Shown: positions 26,187 through 39,678, numbered from the stretch's first letter. The stretch is DNA of 64,000 nucleotides from Eledone cirrhosa (GCA_964016885.1 OZ024742.1:237770001-237834000), one strand, 5' to 3'. Notes: generated from the letters alone by a model not told the origin. Made by a program: numbers and translations.

Positions 26187-28645
26187 ATAATTATTATTAT
26201 TATTATTATACTTTGAGTCTCAGTCATTGATGTTAGTTAACTGGAAAGTTTGTTGAAATGAATATCAAGCCACTACCTGCAGCCTCAGATATTCAGGACG
26301 TATCGGAGGGTTCTTGCTGTTCCCAGCAAGCATGCCTTTTGAAGCGTTCCAAAAAGCGTGGCGGGGCTAATTTTCTTTAACGATCCCTGGAAACTTTTTG
26401 AGATAGTACCTAGTGCGCCTATGACAATCGGGACCACTTTGACTTCATGGCAGTTCCAAATCCTTTTTACCTCCCACTTTAAGTCCTGGTATCGGTTAAT
26501 TTTCTCCCTCTCCTTCTCTTGCACTCTCGTGTCGAATGGGCAGGCCACATCCACAATCAGGCACGATCTTTTTTCTTTGTCCAAAACCACCAGGTCAGGT
26601 CTATTGTGTTCCAGTTTCTTGTCCGTCTGTATCCTAAAATCCCACAGCACCTTCACCTGATCGTTTTCTATCACCGACTCTGGCTTATGCTCATACCACT
26701 TCTCAGAATGTGGTAAATTGTTTACTTTGCATAGGTGCCAGTGGATCACCCTGCCCATCACATCATGTCTCCAGCCCTTATAGTGAGTCTGGGCTAGGTG
26801 TTTACACTCGGATACAATGTGAGCCACAGTCTCCTCTCTCTCTCCACAGATCCTGCACAGTGGGCTAGCCTCCTCCTTGTAAATATGGTATTTCAACCAC
26901 TTCGTTTTGAGGGCCTGCTCTTGCGCAGCCATTAACATTCCTTTTGTAGCCTTTTTAAGGTCTCCTCTTTTCAACTAGTTCCATGCCTGTGGATCTCTGA
27001 ATTCAGTTTTCTCAAAGAAGCTACTATGAAGGGATTTTTCCTGAAGGCTGCTCATTCTCCTTGTTGTTATTTCCTCCCTGGATATCCCCTGGTCTATTGT
27101 CCTCTCCTTCAGTACAGTTCTGAGCATTGGCTCCTTACTATCAGTCACATATTTGTGTAGGTTGTTTTTCTCCATCTGAACACAGTCCTCTATGCTGATA
27201 ACACCTCTTCCACCTTCAGATCTCCTTAAGTAGAGTCTATCGACATCACTCCTCTTGTGGAACATGTTATAGATAGTCAATAATTTCCTAGTCTTCCTAT
27301 CCATTTCTTTTTGTTCAGCAACATTCCATCTCAGAATTCCCGCACTGTACCTAATAATAGACACAGCTCGGGAATTTACTGCACTTATGGCATTCCTACT
27401 GTTCAGGTGTGACTTTAATACGCTCCTTACTCTCCGAATGTATTCAGTTCTTATCAATTCCTTCATTTTTTTTGTTCTTGATGTCATCAGCCTCCAGAAC
27501 ACCCAAATACTTGTATCCCTCTTCAGTATCAGTTTCCTTTATCATCTCACCTGTTGGTACCTGGATTCCGTTGCTTCTGCTCAATTTACCCCTCTTCATC
27601 ACAAGGACTCCACACTTACTAATACCAAATTGCTGAAAATACGGACAATGTCAACAAGCACATCCAACTCCTTCTCGCTCTTCCCGAAGAGCTTAAGATC
27701 GTCCATGAAGAGGAGGTGATTGATGGTAAGCTCTCCCGTTCCCAACTTGTATCCTGCTCTCACTTTTCGCAGTATAATAGTCAGGGGCATCAGGGCAAGG
27801 AGAAACAACAGAGGAGACAGACTGATGTTAACTCTGTTTCCCAGGACTTCATACTTTTGACCAACAACTGTCTGATGTTATCTGCCACCTTGAAGATCTC
27901 TAGGCTCTTGGTGATGCAAGAATGAGGCACCATGTCAAATGCCTTTTTGTAGTCTATCCATCCCATGGCAAGACCAGTGTGTCTCCTCCTGCAATTCCTC
28001 ATTACCATCTTATCAATAAGTAACTGGTCCTTTGTACCACGGGACTTCTTTCGGCATCCTTTCTGTTCGTCTGGTAACAAGTTGTTTGTGTGGAGGTGAT
28101 GGTAGATTTCCTTAGACATAATGCTTGTCAACAGTTTCCACATTACGGACAGACATGTGATAGGTCTATAGTTGGTAACATCATTACCCTTGATTCGCTC
28201 TTTCATTACCAAAACTGTGGTACCTTTTGTCAACCACTCTGGTACCTCACCTGACATCAAGCAGTCATTGAAAATGGTTGTCAGTTTCGGGTGGAGGGAT
28301 GTTATATTTTTAATCCAATACCCCTACCCACCATCTGGGCCTGGTGATTTCCAGTTGGTTAGTTTTTTGGCCTGCCCCTTAAGAGTTTCAACTGTGATAC
28401 TCAAGTCAGTTTGTTGGTGTGCCTGTTCACTAATCTCCTTCTGTACTGTCTCAATCCACACTGCCTGGTCATTATGTTTAACATCCTGCTCCCATATTCC
28501 TCTCCAGAATGTTTTAGTTTGTTCCGCCCCAGAGATCAAGTCGTTGCCTCTTTCTTTCCCCTCAAGCTGTCCAAACAGCATTTTCTGGTTGTTGTCAAAC
28601 ATGCGGTTCTGTCTATACTGACTGACTCTGCTCTCGTATCGCCTA
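26187..28645 (-). mobile_element. 5'-truncated Dong/R4-clade LINE, same family as 22010-25343
   Basis: ORFs 28324-28602, 27790-28260, 26975-27502 and 26285-26974 match that element, with internal deletions. (TTA)n at both ends. Confidence 0.95.
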
Positions 28646-30985
28646 ATTATTATTATTATTATTACAGTTGCATTTATCTTGCTTTATGTTCATACGAGTT
28701 ATCACCAAGTCACAACCAGTGACCTCAAGAGACAACAAGGTCCGCCATGTTCAAGAAAGAACATACATATTCACACATGCATCTTTAGTGTTTAGACTTG
28801 TGATGTACTTATATTGACAGAATCTTCCTTAGTATATGGGCAGTTCCCATTAGTACTATCTTTTGTATTTCTCCTATACGCGGGTTTCCTGGGATTTGCG
28901 ATATGTAATCATTAGACCCCTTAGATATCATTCCCAGAGCGCCTACAACCACTGGTATTGTTTTAGTTCTCAATTTCCACATTTTTCCAATTTCTATCTC
29001 CAGGTCCTTATACTTGCTCAATTTTTCAAATGTTTTTATAGATACATTCTTGTCTATTGGAACAGACATATCAATTAGCAGGCATACCCTCCTTTGAAAG
29101 TCTTTCAATATTATATCAGGTCTGTTTGCATCTATTTTTCGGTCTGTTTGGATGCTAAAGTTCCACAAGATTGAGATGTGATCTTTTTCAAGTATGGGAG
29201 GTGGTTGATGCTCCCACCAATTCTTTTGATGGGGCAGGTCAAAATGCTTACACATTATCCAATGTATGTATTGTGCAGCTCTGTCATGCCTGTTTAGGTA
29301 TTCGGTTGGAGCTATAGGACTGCACATTGAAATTATATGGTCAATAGTCTCTGGTTGTTTTTTGCATACACGGCATAATGGGCTGCCCCCATTTTTTATT
29401 ATGTTGGCTTGGTAATTTTTTGTTGGCAGACACTGATCTTGTACCGATATAATCAGTCCTTCAGTCTCCGATTTCAGTCCAGAGGATGCCAACCACTGAT
29501 GGGTTAAAGTTTTGTCAACATCAAGATTGTTAGCTCGCTCTGGGTATTTTCCATACAGAGGCTTTTCTTGCCATTTCTTAGCCAGTTTCTGTAGCAGTTC
29601 TTTCTTTGCAGTTACTTTTACCTGCTTTGCTTTTTCTGTGTTTTCCATTTCAGCAGTAAATGGGACTTCTGAAATTTGTAGTCCATTACTGTATCTTTGT
29701 GCATCTTTTGTAATGGAATATGATCTTTTGATGCTTTCGTGTTTCAAAACGAGTTTGATCATCTAATCATGTGATTCCCTTAGATATGTAGATAATCCAA
29801 TTGTTGCAGTTTTCAACGCAATGTCTAACTGGATTAACGCACGTCCTCCTTCTTTCCTAGGGAGATATATTCTATCTATGTCTGCCTTAGGGTGATGCAT
29901 TCTGTGCATGGTTAAGAATTTTCGGATTTTTGTATCGAGCCTACGGATCTCTGTGCTTGACCAGTTGATGACATTGTAACTGTAGGTTACTACTGGTATG
30001 GCAAGCGTGTTTATGGCATCGATCCTATTCCTTGCATTCAATTCCGTTCTTAAGATTGCTCTGACTCTGCGGTAACATTCCTTCCTTATCCTTTCCCTCA
30101 TTGTCGAGTGCTTGATTCCGTCTCCTTCACAAACACCTAGATATTTGTAAGTTTTTTCTTGATCAAGCTCTCTTATCACGTTCCCCCGATCAAGATTAAT
30201 GTCTGAACTCTTCAGCAGCTTTCCTATGGTGAACGTTGCTTTGGCGCATTTATCCAGTCCAAACTCCATTTTAATGTCATCACTGAACTGCTTCACAGTG
30301 GATAATAGCCCTTGCAATTGTTCATCATTTTTTGCAAATAGTTTCAGGTCATCCATGTAGAACAGGTGATTAATGGTTTTGTCATAGACTCTATATCCAT
30401 GTTTTGTTTCATTGAGCATTTTACTTAATGGTATAAGTGCGATGCAGAATAAAAGCGGTGATAAAGAGTCACCCTGAAAAATTCCACAATTAATATTAAC
30501 TTCTCCAGCTTCCAGTGATTTTGTTTCACTATTCAAAAGGAGTGTCGTCTTCATACTGAATGACAAAAACCTCCTGACAACGGGGGATACTTTGAAAATC
30601 TCTAAACATTTTTCAATCCAACTGTGTGGCAAACTATCGAATGCTTTTTTATAATCTATCCAAGCAATCGATAGATTTTTGTGTCTATTATGACAATCTT
30701 CCAGTATCATTTTGTTAACCAGAAGCTGATCCTTACAGCCATATGAGCCTCGTTTACACCCTTTCTGCTCAATGGGAAATAGGTCATTTGTTATCAGGTG
30801 GTCATATGTGTATTCAGTTAGGACTGATGTTAAAATTTTATACATTGTGGTCAAGCAGGTTATCGGTCTGTAATTTTTGGGATTGTTTGTCTCATCATTC
30901 TTCGGTAGCAGGAATGTAATGCCGTTAACTAGCCATGATGGTATCTTTTCTGGCTCCTTAACTATTTCATTGTAAAGTTGGGTTA
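28644..30985 (-). mobile_element. 5'-truncated Dong/R4-clade LINE, second family
   Basis: ORFs 29763-30854 and 28809-29762 are in one frame separated by a single stop: GIFQGDSLSP, YMDDLK, CRVC..HIISMC, RPDII..LIDMSVP. (TAA)n tail. Confidence 0.95.
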
Positions 30986-31133
30986 ACTGGAAAGTTTGTT
31001 GAAATGAATATCAAGCCATTACTTGCAGCCTCAGATATTCAGGACGTATCGGAGGGTTCTTGCTGTTCCCAGAAAGCATGCCTTTTGAAGTGTTCCAAAA
31101 AGCGGGGCAGGACCAATTTTCTTTAACCATCCT
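30983..31133 (-). mobile_element. Short 3' fragment of the first Dong/R4 family
   Basis: Matches about 25145-25295 in reverse complement; lacks its tail. Confidence 0.85.
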
Positions 31134-31139
31134 TTAGAA

Positions 31140-31445
31140 CCTGTCTTTAGAAGCTGGATAGCTGCAATGCACAGCGGCACACGCTCGGTGGTCAAGGTTA
31201 ATGGCCACTTCTCGGAACCATTTCGGCTCTCCCGATCGGTCCGTCAAGGGTGCCCTCTCTCTTCCCTGCTGTACGTATTGACTCTCGAGCCTTTACTGCG
31301 GAAGCTGGAGCTGTTGCAGGGCATCCCGCTCGAACCGCGACGTGGAAAGGCGGTGTCGGCTTATGCGGACGACATCACCGTGATGGTGTCGGACACCTCA
31401 GAAATCGAGGTGGTCGGCAACTTATTGGAGGAATATGAAAGGTTG
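31140..31445 (+). mobile_element. L1/Tx1-type RT fragment
   Basis: VKVNGHFSEPFRLSRSVRQGCPLSSLLYVLTLEPLL..SAYADDITV. Confidence 0.85.
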
Positions 31446-31610
31446 TCCACAACATCAATATATATGTATCTGTATGATTCTTCAGTTGAATAGGAGGTTA
31501 ATTATATGTACAAACATTGATAATGCTCCGAAGACACCAAGCCTAGGTTTGGAAGAAACAATTGTCAGCGATTAAATGTTTTAAACATAACTTTGATTCT
31601 TGTGTATTCA

Positions 31611-31647
<37 letters not shown>

Positions 31648-31655
31648 TATTGAAT

Positions 31656-31718
<63 letters not shown>

Positions 31719-32321
31719 GAAGCTTAGTAAAATCGAAGCTTTGGCTGTGGCCAGGCTAACGACCTACAATTAGGAATGTGCAGCAAAGCACTCGATAAGG
31801 AGTAATAACATACGTTTAGACAGCTTGACAAATTGAAAATTGCGGCAGGTAAATCTAGCCACACAATACCAAATCAACGAAAAAACTAATCAGGTTAGAT
31901 AACTGACCTGGACAAATCGAACGATATTATGCAATACATCCGATAGGTTTCTATGAGCCCGAAATCATCAATCCAACTTACGTAATATGCAAGTTTGTGG
32001 TATTTATGATCGAACAGTGGACTCACGTCATCAACAGGTTTTTCGTTCTATGCCTCAAGCCGGTGTGGAGTGTAACGTTGAACTGCTACCGTTGGCAGCA
32101 TTCAGTATTCTACTGTCACGTGTTTTTTCCAACAAGGGAGGTAACCCCCCCTCCCCGGTTTTTGGCGGGCAAATTCAAAACCCCGAAACTGGATACCAAC
32201 CCGGAGTACACTTGAACTTCCACCAGAAAATCTTTCGTATCATCGAAATTTTGTTTGCTTCTTGCATTTAAATATTACACGACTCTCTACTACTTTTCCT
32301 CTACTACAATCTTCTTACACC

Positions 32322-32363
<42 letters not shown>

Positions 32364-32394
32364 CATATATATATACTTATAAGGTGGTGTAAGA

Positions 32395-32458
<64 letters not shown>

Positions 32459-33150
32459 ATAGTTGATCGACAAGATTCCAGACCTCATTTGCTTAACGAG
32501 TGGAGTGAAGCTTGTCAAATTGGACCGAGGAAACAATGTTTCCATTTGTCTTTCCAATTGCTAATACTATCTGTCGGTCGCAAATCCAGGCAAAAGGAGC
32601 AACGTGAAAATAAAAAGTCTTGTTCAAGGACAATTTATTTTCACGCTGAACGAGTCTGAACCCCCCCCCCCCCCCGGTGAGTTAGATAGGGGATGCCTAC
32701 CCCTGTATGCGAAGACTGGACCCGGCGGAGTGAGTGGAGGAGGACAACATCATCCCAACGATCACAAAGGCGGCGACAGCAAGCGGTGTGCGCAGTCATG
32801 GCCTTCCACTGCAGCCAAGGAAGTCCCTGGTCGTGACGGTCCTCCGTACCACCGGATTCTGGCTTTTGCGGCCGAGTGAGTGGGACCGTCACTGTGCACT
32901 GGCCCTCCCACTATAAACATTTCCCGCACAAATCTCTTCTTTAGCGTGCACTCCCAAAGCCCTGCGGCGATGGGTGAGAGGCGGAGGTAACAGGTGGAGG
33001 TAACCTCTGGGAGTTGCCAATCTCAAACCCGCACGTGGGCGGTCTGTCTCCGGACCTGCAAGTCAAGGTTCGGCCTCCACAGCCACTTTCGCGCCCACTG
33101 CAGACGGGAACAACAATGAAGAAGATGTCATCGTTTACGATGGACAACCA

Positions 33151-33200
<50 letters not shown>

Positions 33201-33524
33201 ATGTATATATATATATATATAGCGGCAATATTCATATAAATGTGCGTATGGTATATTTAAAAATAAGCAGTATGTTTATATGTTTATGAAAAATATTTTG
33301 AAGGCCTTTCACTATGAATTTTAAGGTTGTGACTAACGTAACATACGTAGCTTCGGTAAAAGCAGGGCGCAGTAATCGACGATGCCACCGTTTCTCATTC
33401 ATAAGTGGTTGTCAAGACAACATACGGCTACGGCTCCGTATGCAAATGAGTTTTAACAGCTCATAAACATAAGCAGAATTCTATAAGAATCCAGCTTAAT
33501 TTATCTTCAGCAAAAGCAGGGAGA

Positions 33525-34050
33525 TAAAACAATTATATTGTGGAAGAGTCATATTAGCCACAATTGTAGTTGTCTGGCAAGTAACTTGTTGGGAGACCGT
33601 GTGTTGAAACTAAAACAATTATATCATGGGAAGTCATTTTGGCTACAATTGTATTTTCTGGCAAGTAACTTTATCAGAAACAGTTTGTGTTGAAGATCAA
33701 TTACATTGTAGAAGGGTCATTTTGCGCACAGTTGTACTTGTTTGGCAAATTACTTGATCTGAGTTCGTATATATTGAACTTAAAGCAATTACTTCATGGA
33801 AGAGCCATTTTAGCCACAGCTGTACCCGTCTGGCAAGTAACCTGGTCGGAAACTATGTCTGTTGAAACGCACCTTCATTGAGGAAGAGTCATTTTAGCTA
33901 CAGTTGTACTTGTTTGGCATGAAACTTGATCGGTGACCGTGTGTTGAAACTAAAGTAATTACATCTTGGAAGATTCCTTTTAGCCACAGTTGTAGTTGTC
34001 TGACCAGTGACATGATCTGAAACCACGTGTTCAAACTGAAGCAAGTACAC
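33525..34050. repeat. Diverged ~86-bp tandem repeat, about 6 units
   Basis: ggaagagtcattttagccacagttgtacttgtctggcaagtaac..gtgttgaaac recurs near 33542, 33628, 33710, 33798, 33882 and 33968. Confidence 0.85.
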
Positions 34051-34649
34051 AAAACAGCAACATGATTGCATCAAACTAAAAATTAAAATATTTACTCAAA
34101 TACTGCAAATATCCACATCGAGCTGTCTCCCAATAAAGGAAATACAAATATTTAAATTAACAAACCTGCTTTTATTCATGTCAAGAGTTATTCATGTCAA
34201 AAGTAAAACGCCATGAAACATCTCGCTCATTTATCATGGCGTCCCCAAAGGCTCATGGACATAATTCTATTAATTAGCATTAGTACTAACAAAACGTGAT
34301 TCAGAATAGAGGTGTATATAAAAGCATATATGATATGTTAATAGTTCATAAACCTACTTATGGACGTGTTATGCTGTTATCATATTATAGCTACTTCAGT
34401 AACCATGTGAGAACGCCAAATACTGGTATTTGATGATCTATATATATCTTCAGTGTCGTGTACTCATTCAGAACTGACGCAAATAAGCTAATAGCTTTAC
34501 AAATATATTTATTTATCTTAATTATAAACTGGACAAGCATACAAAAAAAGAAAGCAACATTGGAAAGGACAATTAATGCCATAAATGAGAGCGAAAGGGG
34601 GGAAGAGCAAGGACTATAAGACAAAGGAAGAAAAATGTGGAAAGGGTGA

Positions 34650-35260
34650 TAGACTCTACATCTGAGTCAGAGCGGTGTTTCGATGAGGCCGTATTCCGGG
34701 GCGCCGTATTCAACATCCATCACATCTTGTCCGAGGCTCGGCTAACGCCCAAAGACGCTGCCTGCATTATCAGCTCTCCAATTCTCTCGAACACGATACG
34801 ACAGTGCCTGGAGACCAAGCACGCTGATCCGTTGAGGATGACTGCGAGGTTGTGCCTCATGGAAGCGCACCTGGCATTCTTCCTCCGAAGGAACTGTTTC
34901 GTTCTTTATAGATTCTTGTTCTCGCTACGCAGTGCACCTTGCCACTTTCTCGCTGTGTGGAACTCATTTGCGATGTCAGTTACGAGAGCACGCACTGGCA
35001 ACAGGTGGAGCTTCCTGTGAGGTTCGGTGATCTCGGCCTCCCTCCAATCCACATCAGATCTGGTAGAGCCGGCCTACTTCTCCCCAATTGCACCCTCATC
35101 GGCAAGGTCGTCAGCAAGACGAAGGTCTTTCCGTCCCCCACTATACACATTTCCTACATAAGTGGGACAATATTAAGTGCAGGTCTACTTTCAGGCGAAT
35201 CGAGTCTGACTTGGATCTACATCACCTCGCCAGAATCCGACTCTGGATTCGCCAGAACCT
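34650..35260 (+). mobile_element. CRE-clade LINE RT-thumb relic (tentative)
   Basis: Frameshifted ..FLFSLRSAPC..WQQVELPVRFGDLGL resembles the CRE W.QA.LP.R.GGLG motif. Confidence 0.6.
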
Positions 35261-36055
35261 GACTCTGGATTCGCAAGCTCCTCAGATACGTCTAGTGACT
35301 TCGAGACAGAGTATTTGCTTCGAAACAATTGTAATACGTTAATAAAATTGTGTTTCGATTCATCACTGATCCTTCGTTTTCCATATTATTTATATATTTA
35401 TATATATTATAAAGTGAAATGACAGGAGGCCAAATATGTTGAATTTCCTTAATTATTTATTTCTGTAAACACTATGCACATTTCAGAGGCCAGGTTGCGT
35501 AAGTGACATCTTCAGATGTAAATTGCGTAATAGGTGTATACCAACGGAGTGATGGTAAACTTTAAGGAAACAAGCAAAGGAAAAAAATGTGTTTGTTTTT
35601 GACCCAGAGACAAACGAAGTAGCATGTTTTTATAAGGTTTCGCCGTCTCCCCCACCTTCTCCGACCCCGTTCCATCCACGCGCACACGCACACACACACA
35701 GACTTACACTCCCCCCAACGTACTCAATGGTTTTCCAAAACCCAAGCATGCAACTCCGCTCTCCCCGAGACTCTCACACTTAGATCCACGCATACACACT
35801 CACACGTACACCTACACACGCACCCCACCTTCCGCTCTCCCCGCTCTGACCCTTTTTTCCTTCTCCACTCTCCCTCCCCCTCCATCCACCCTCCACGCAC
35901 CACCACCCCTACATGCCTCACATCCTTTCACCACTTGTTTTAACTTTCATTTTCCAACTCGTGTGTTATTTTTATTTTTATTTTTTTCACAGTAACCCCC
36001 CCCCCCTCACTCCCTCTCGGAGTTCCTCCCCCTCCTCCTACTTCCCCCCACTCTC

Positions 36056-36083
36056 CTGATGAAGGGCTTGTGCCCGAAACGTC
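36056..36083 (+). ncRNA. Minimal hammerhead core in a PLE-like C-rich 3' region
   Basis: CTGATGA-a-gggc-ttgt-gccc-GAAA-cg-TC with palindromic stem III acgt. Stem I is not evident. Confidence 0.55.
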
Positions 36084-36185
36084 GCACCCACACACTCCAC
36101 TCTCAATAAGCGTGAACCTAATACCTTTTGTAACTTGTACCACTATGTTGTTTTTTACTTTCCTATATATATGTATATATATATA

Positions 36186-36600
36186 TATAAGTATGTACAC
36201 GTACATACATATATGTATACAGACATACAGTAGTATGTATATATACATACATACATGCACACATATATATATGTACGTATGGATTCACCGAATATTTATT
36301 ATAATGCTCGGTGTGTTTGTAAACAAACATCCCGTTTTAAGCCGTAGTGTCTAGCAACCTTCGTTGCTCTTTTGTTCAACACTGACAGCGTTCCTTTGTC
36401 AGTGTTGAACAAACGAGCAACGATGGTTGCTAGACACTACGGCTTAAAACGGGATGTTTGTTTACAAACACACCGAGCATTATAATAAATATTCGGTGAA
36501 TCCATACGTACATATATATATATGTGTGCATGTATGTATGTATATATACATACTACTGTATGTCTGTATACATATAAGTATGTACGTGTACATACTTATA
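36186..36600. repeat. ~200-bp near-perfect palindrome with a 9-nt spacer
   Basis: Arms 36186-36387 and 36397-36600; spacer gcgttcctt. Confidence 0.92.
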
Positions 36601-37440
36601 TTTAAGTAACAGCCGTACTAAGAGTGGGAAATGAAATTTCGTTTCATTTTTTCCGTTTATATATATATATATAACAAAGAGGGTGTGGTAAGATACTAGG
36701 TGGACCATAACGCACCAGACTGCTCGGTACTTGGGGTAGAAGAGAGCTAGATCCGAACTAAGCCACCAGTGTAGCTTAGTTCGGATCTAGCTGCGAAACG
36801 GCCGGAGCTCAGCTGTCGTGGCCCTGAATCTTTTCATAAATATAAATATATATATATATTGTTATTTTGTTTATTCCTATTATTTGTCTGTCCTTATAGC
36901 TCCTCCGTTCCTTTGTCATGATGCTAATAATTGATGTGTGTTTGTGTGTGTGTGTGTGATTATGCTGGGGATAATGTTGTGTTGGAGAGGATGATGGGAT
37001 TGGTGGAGGTGTTGTTGATGATAGAAGTGGCTGTGGTAATAATTCTGGATATTATCCCTAGAAAGATGAAAGGGAACGTTACTCTCGGCTGGTTTTGAAC
37101 TCCGAAAGTAGCGCGCTATAACTAAATTGGTGCTTTGTTATTTCCACTATCTAGTATTATATGACTATCTTAATATCTTCTCCATCCCTTTTAATTGAAT
37201 CTTACTACGTTTGAGCAATAAATTTTGTTGTTATCGGGGTTTTAATCGTGGTAGTTGTTTTATTTTTTCTTCTTTGAACTGGTTTCACGTCCGACCAGTT
37301 TTATATAGTACTTTACTTGTGCCTGTCATTGTTCGGTAAACATCTATTGTATATTGAACTACCAACTATCTTTTACATATTTATATATCTATTTTTTTCC
37401 CTTTTAATAATACCAACTTTCATTGTTTCAACCATTAAGA

Positions 37441-37579
<139 letters not shown>

Positions 37580-39090
37580 TACATGAATTGTATATAAAAA
37601 CAAAGAATTATTTGTTTTTCTCCTTAGTACTAACTGGATATTGGGAATTATCAATTAATAATTATTTTGTTTTGTTAATGGTGATGTTAGCTAGAACCTT
37701 TATTATATTGTTATCGTTTATAGGTCTGTTTATGTTTATGTGTATTTTGCATTGTACGGATTATACATGTGTATTTAATATAGTAAGTATATCGTGTAAT
37801 CATAAAGAATAAGGTGTTGCCTTATCAACTTGAAGATGATATAGTACCCAGTGTATTCTATCTGCGGACTAAATGCATTAATTCTGTGTTCTCGAATAAT
37901 TAATTATAGACATATAGAGGCTTACATGAAAGCATATACAAAGTTTATGCATAATACACCTACATAAATCTCACTGTGAGTATTTTAAGTTGTGATCATG
38001 TCAAGGCAGCTTTCGTAACCGTGTGATAACCCTTATTTGCTTCAGTACCGAGACAGTAAATGTCACTGAAGATGAATAATGAACCTAAAATATTAATATT
38101 CCACCTTCTCTCACGATTATTGAACATTTTGCTCTTGAGAAAAACACCTCACTTGACGTCGTTCCAGTCCACTCAGCTGAACAGGAGTACTTACTGCAGG
38201 TGGGTGTTTAACACGTACTCGCTTAACGCCAATAAAACCGGGATCCCTCTGGGCTCACGAGCCTCTGGGCTTGGGATAAATGTTAACCTAACCTTTCATG
38301 TGGCTACTCCATATTGCCTTCTAATGCATCACTGCTATTTGGTTGTGTCAGATCATGTTATAAGGCAGCAACTTCTCTAACCACTTTTACTTCATTGTAT
38401 TTGCTTAGGATCGCACATATAGTTTTGCGATCTCATTCAATTTATTGAATATATGTTATTAAAATGTTAAAATATAAGTTTATTCATCATGAAATATGTG
38501 AATACCTTTGAACTACTTTACATTTTAAAGCTAAGTATACATCAATCCAACTGTATACCTTACATTATGATAGAGCCGTAGAGGCACCGTTTTGATATTA
38601 CAGCATGACGTGGGTATTTAAACATGCGTGTGGAATGTCATACAAACAGGTTGATCGAATCAACAAGAGCACTCGTCGTCAGAACGGACTGGTGTCCAAC
38701 AACAAATCTATGATATTGACCATAAAAACTAATTTCAGAGCTCGACTGGTTTATTCTCTCGCTCCACCGTCTCCATTAAGATGAATTACTTTGCTTTACT
38801 TACAATATAGCGTCACCCTTCGATATTCTGGCAAGATAATTTCTTCCGCAAATTCGCCAAGTCTAGCCTTTAATTTTGTACCATCCTTATAATCCCTTTC
38901 GTTTCCAAGGTAGCCGCTGCAGCCTCAACAGAATTTCTCATACTCTATTTCAGACCTGGAGATTAGAGGGGCTCGACCAGGTTTAAAATGCACAAGAAAC
39001 ATCATATATTACGGGTTCATATATTAATGCATGTTTATACGATTCACTTATATAGTGGTTAAGAATTTTATGATAAACTTAAATGATGCA

Positions 39091-39121
<31 letters not shown>

Positions 39122-39225
39122 CGCTCTTTCTCTTTCAAAACACACACACACACATACACACACACACACTTATATATATATATATGTGTGTGTGTGTGAG
39201 TGTTTATGTGTGTGTATTGATATAT

Positions 39226-39539
39226 ATATATTAGTAAAAACGAAAAGAAAATGATGACAAATTTTTCCCAGTGAAAAATAGTTTAATTAGGAATAAGTAT
39301 AAATTAGTAATAAGTATTGGTTAGTATTCAGTTTTAGTTTTAAGTTTTTACCGGTCGCGCATTTCTAATGCTTTTCAAAAATATTTTTCAAAAGCATTAG
39401 AAATGCGCAACCGGTAAAAACTTAAAACTAAAACTGAATACTAACCAATACTTATTACTAATTTATACTTATCCCTAATTAAACTATTTTTCACTAGGAA
39501 AATTTTGTCAGCATTTTCTTTTCCTTTTTACTAATATAT
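39226..39539. repeat. ~155-bp spacer-less palindrome (family E), with an HHR-like variant at its centre
   Basis: Centre aaaaatattttt at about 39383. A single-arm homologue lies at 47841-48000. Confidence 0.88.
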
Positions 39540-39570
39540 CACAACTCGTGTGTTACACCTCTATTTTTTT

Positions 39571-39647
<77 letters not shown>

Positions 39648-39678
39648 AAATTTTCGCTCTACATGGCTGAATACAATA

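Noticed and set aside
22166-29766. ORFs antisense to the Dong/R4 elements
   Set aside because: Shadow frames of LINE coding sequence.
33525-34050. CRISPR-like regular spacing
   Set aside because: Whole units are homologous with no unique spacers, there are no cas genes, and the context is eukaryotic.
36762-36822. gccac/gtggc as stem I closing a hammerhead with a CAGTG core
   Set aside because: gccac belongs to the inverted arm of the local palindrome, so the pairing may be coincidental.
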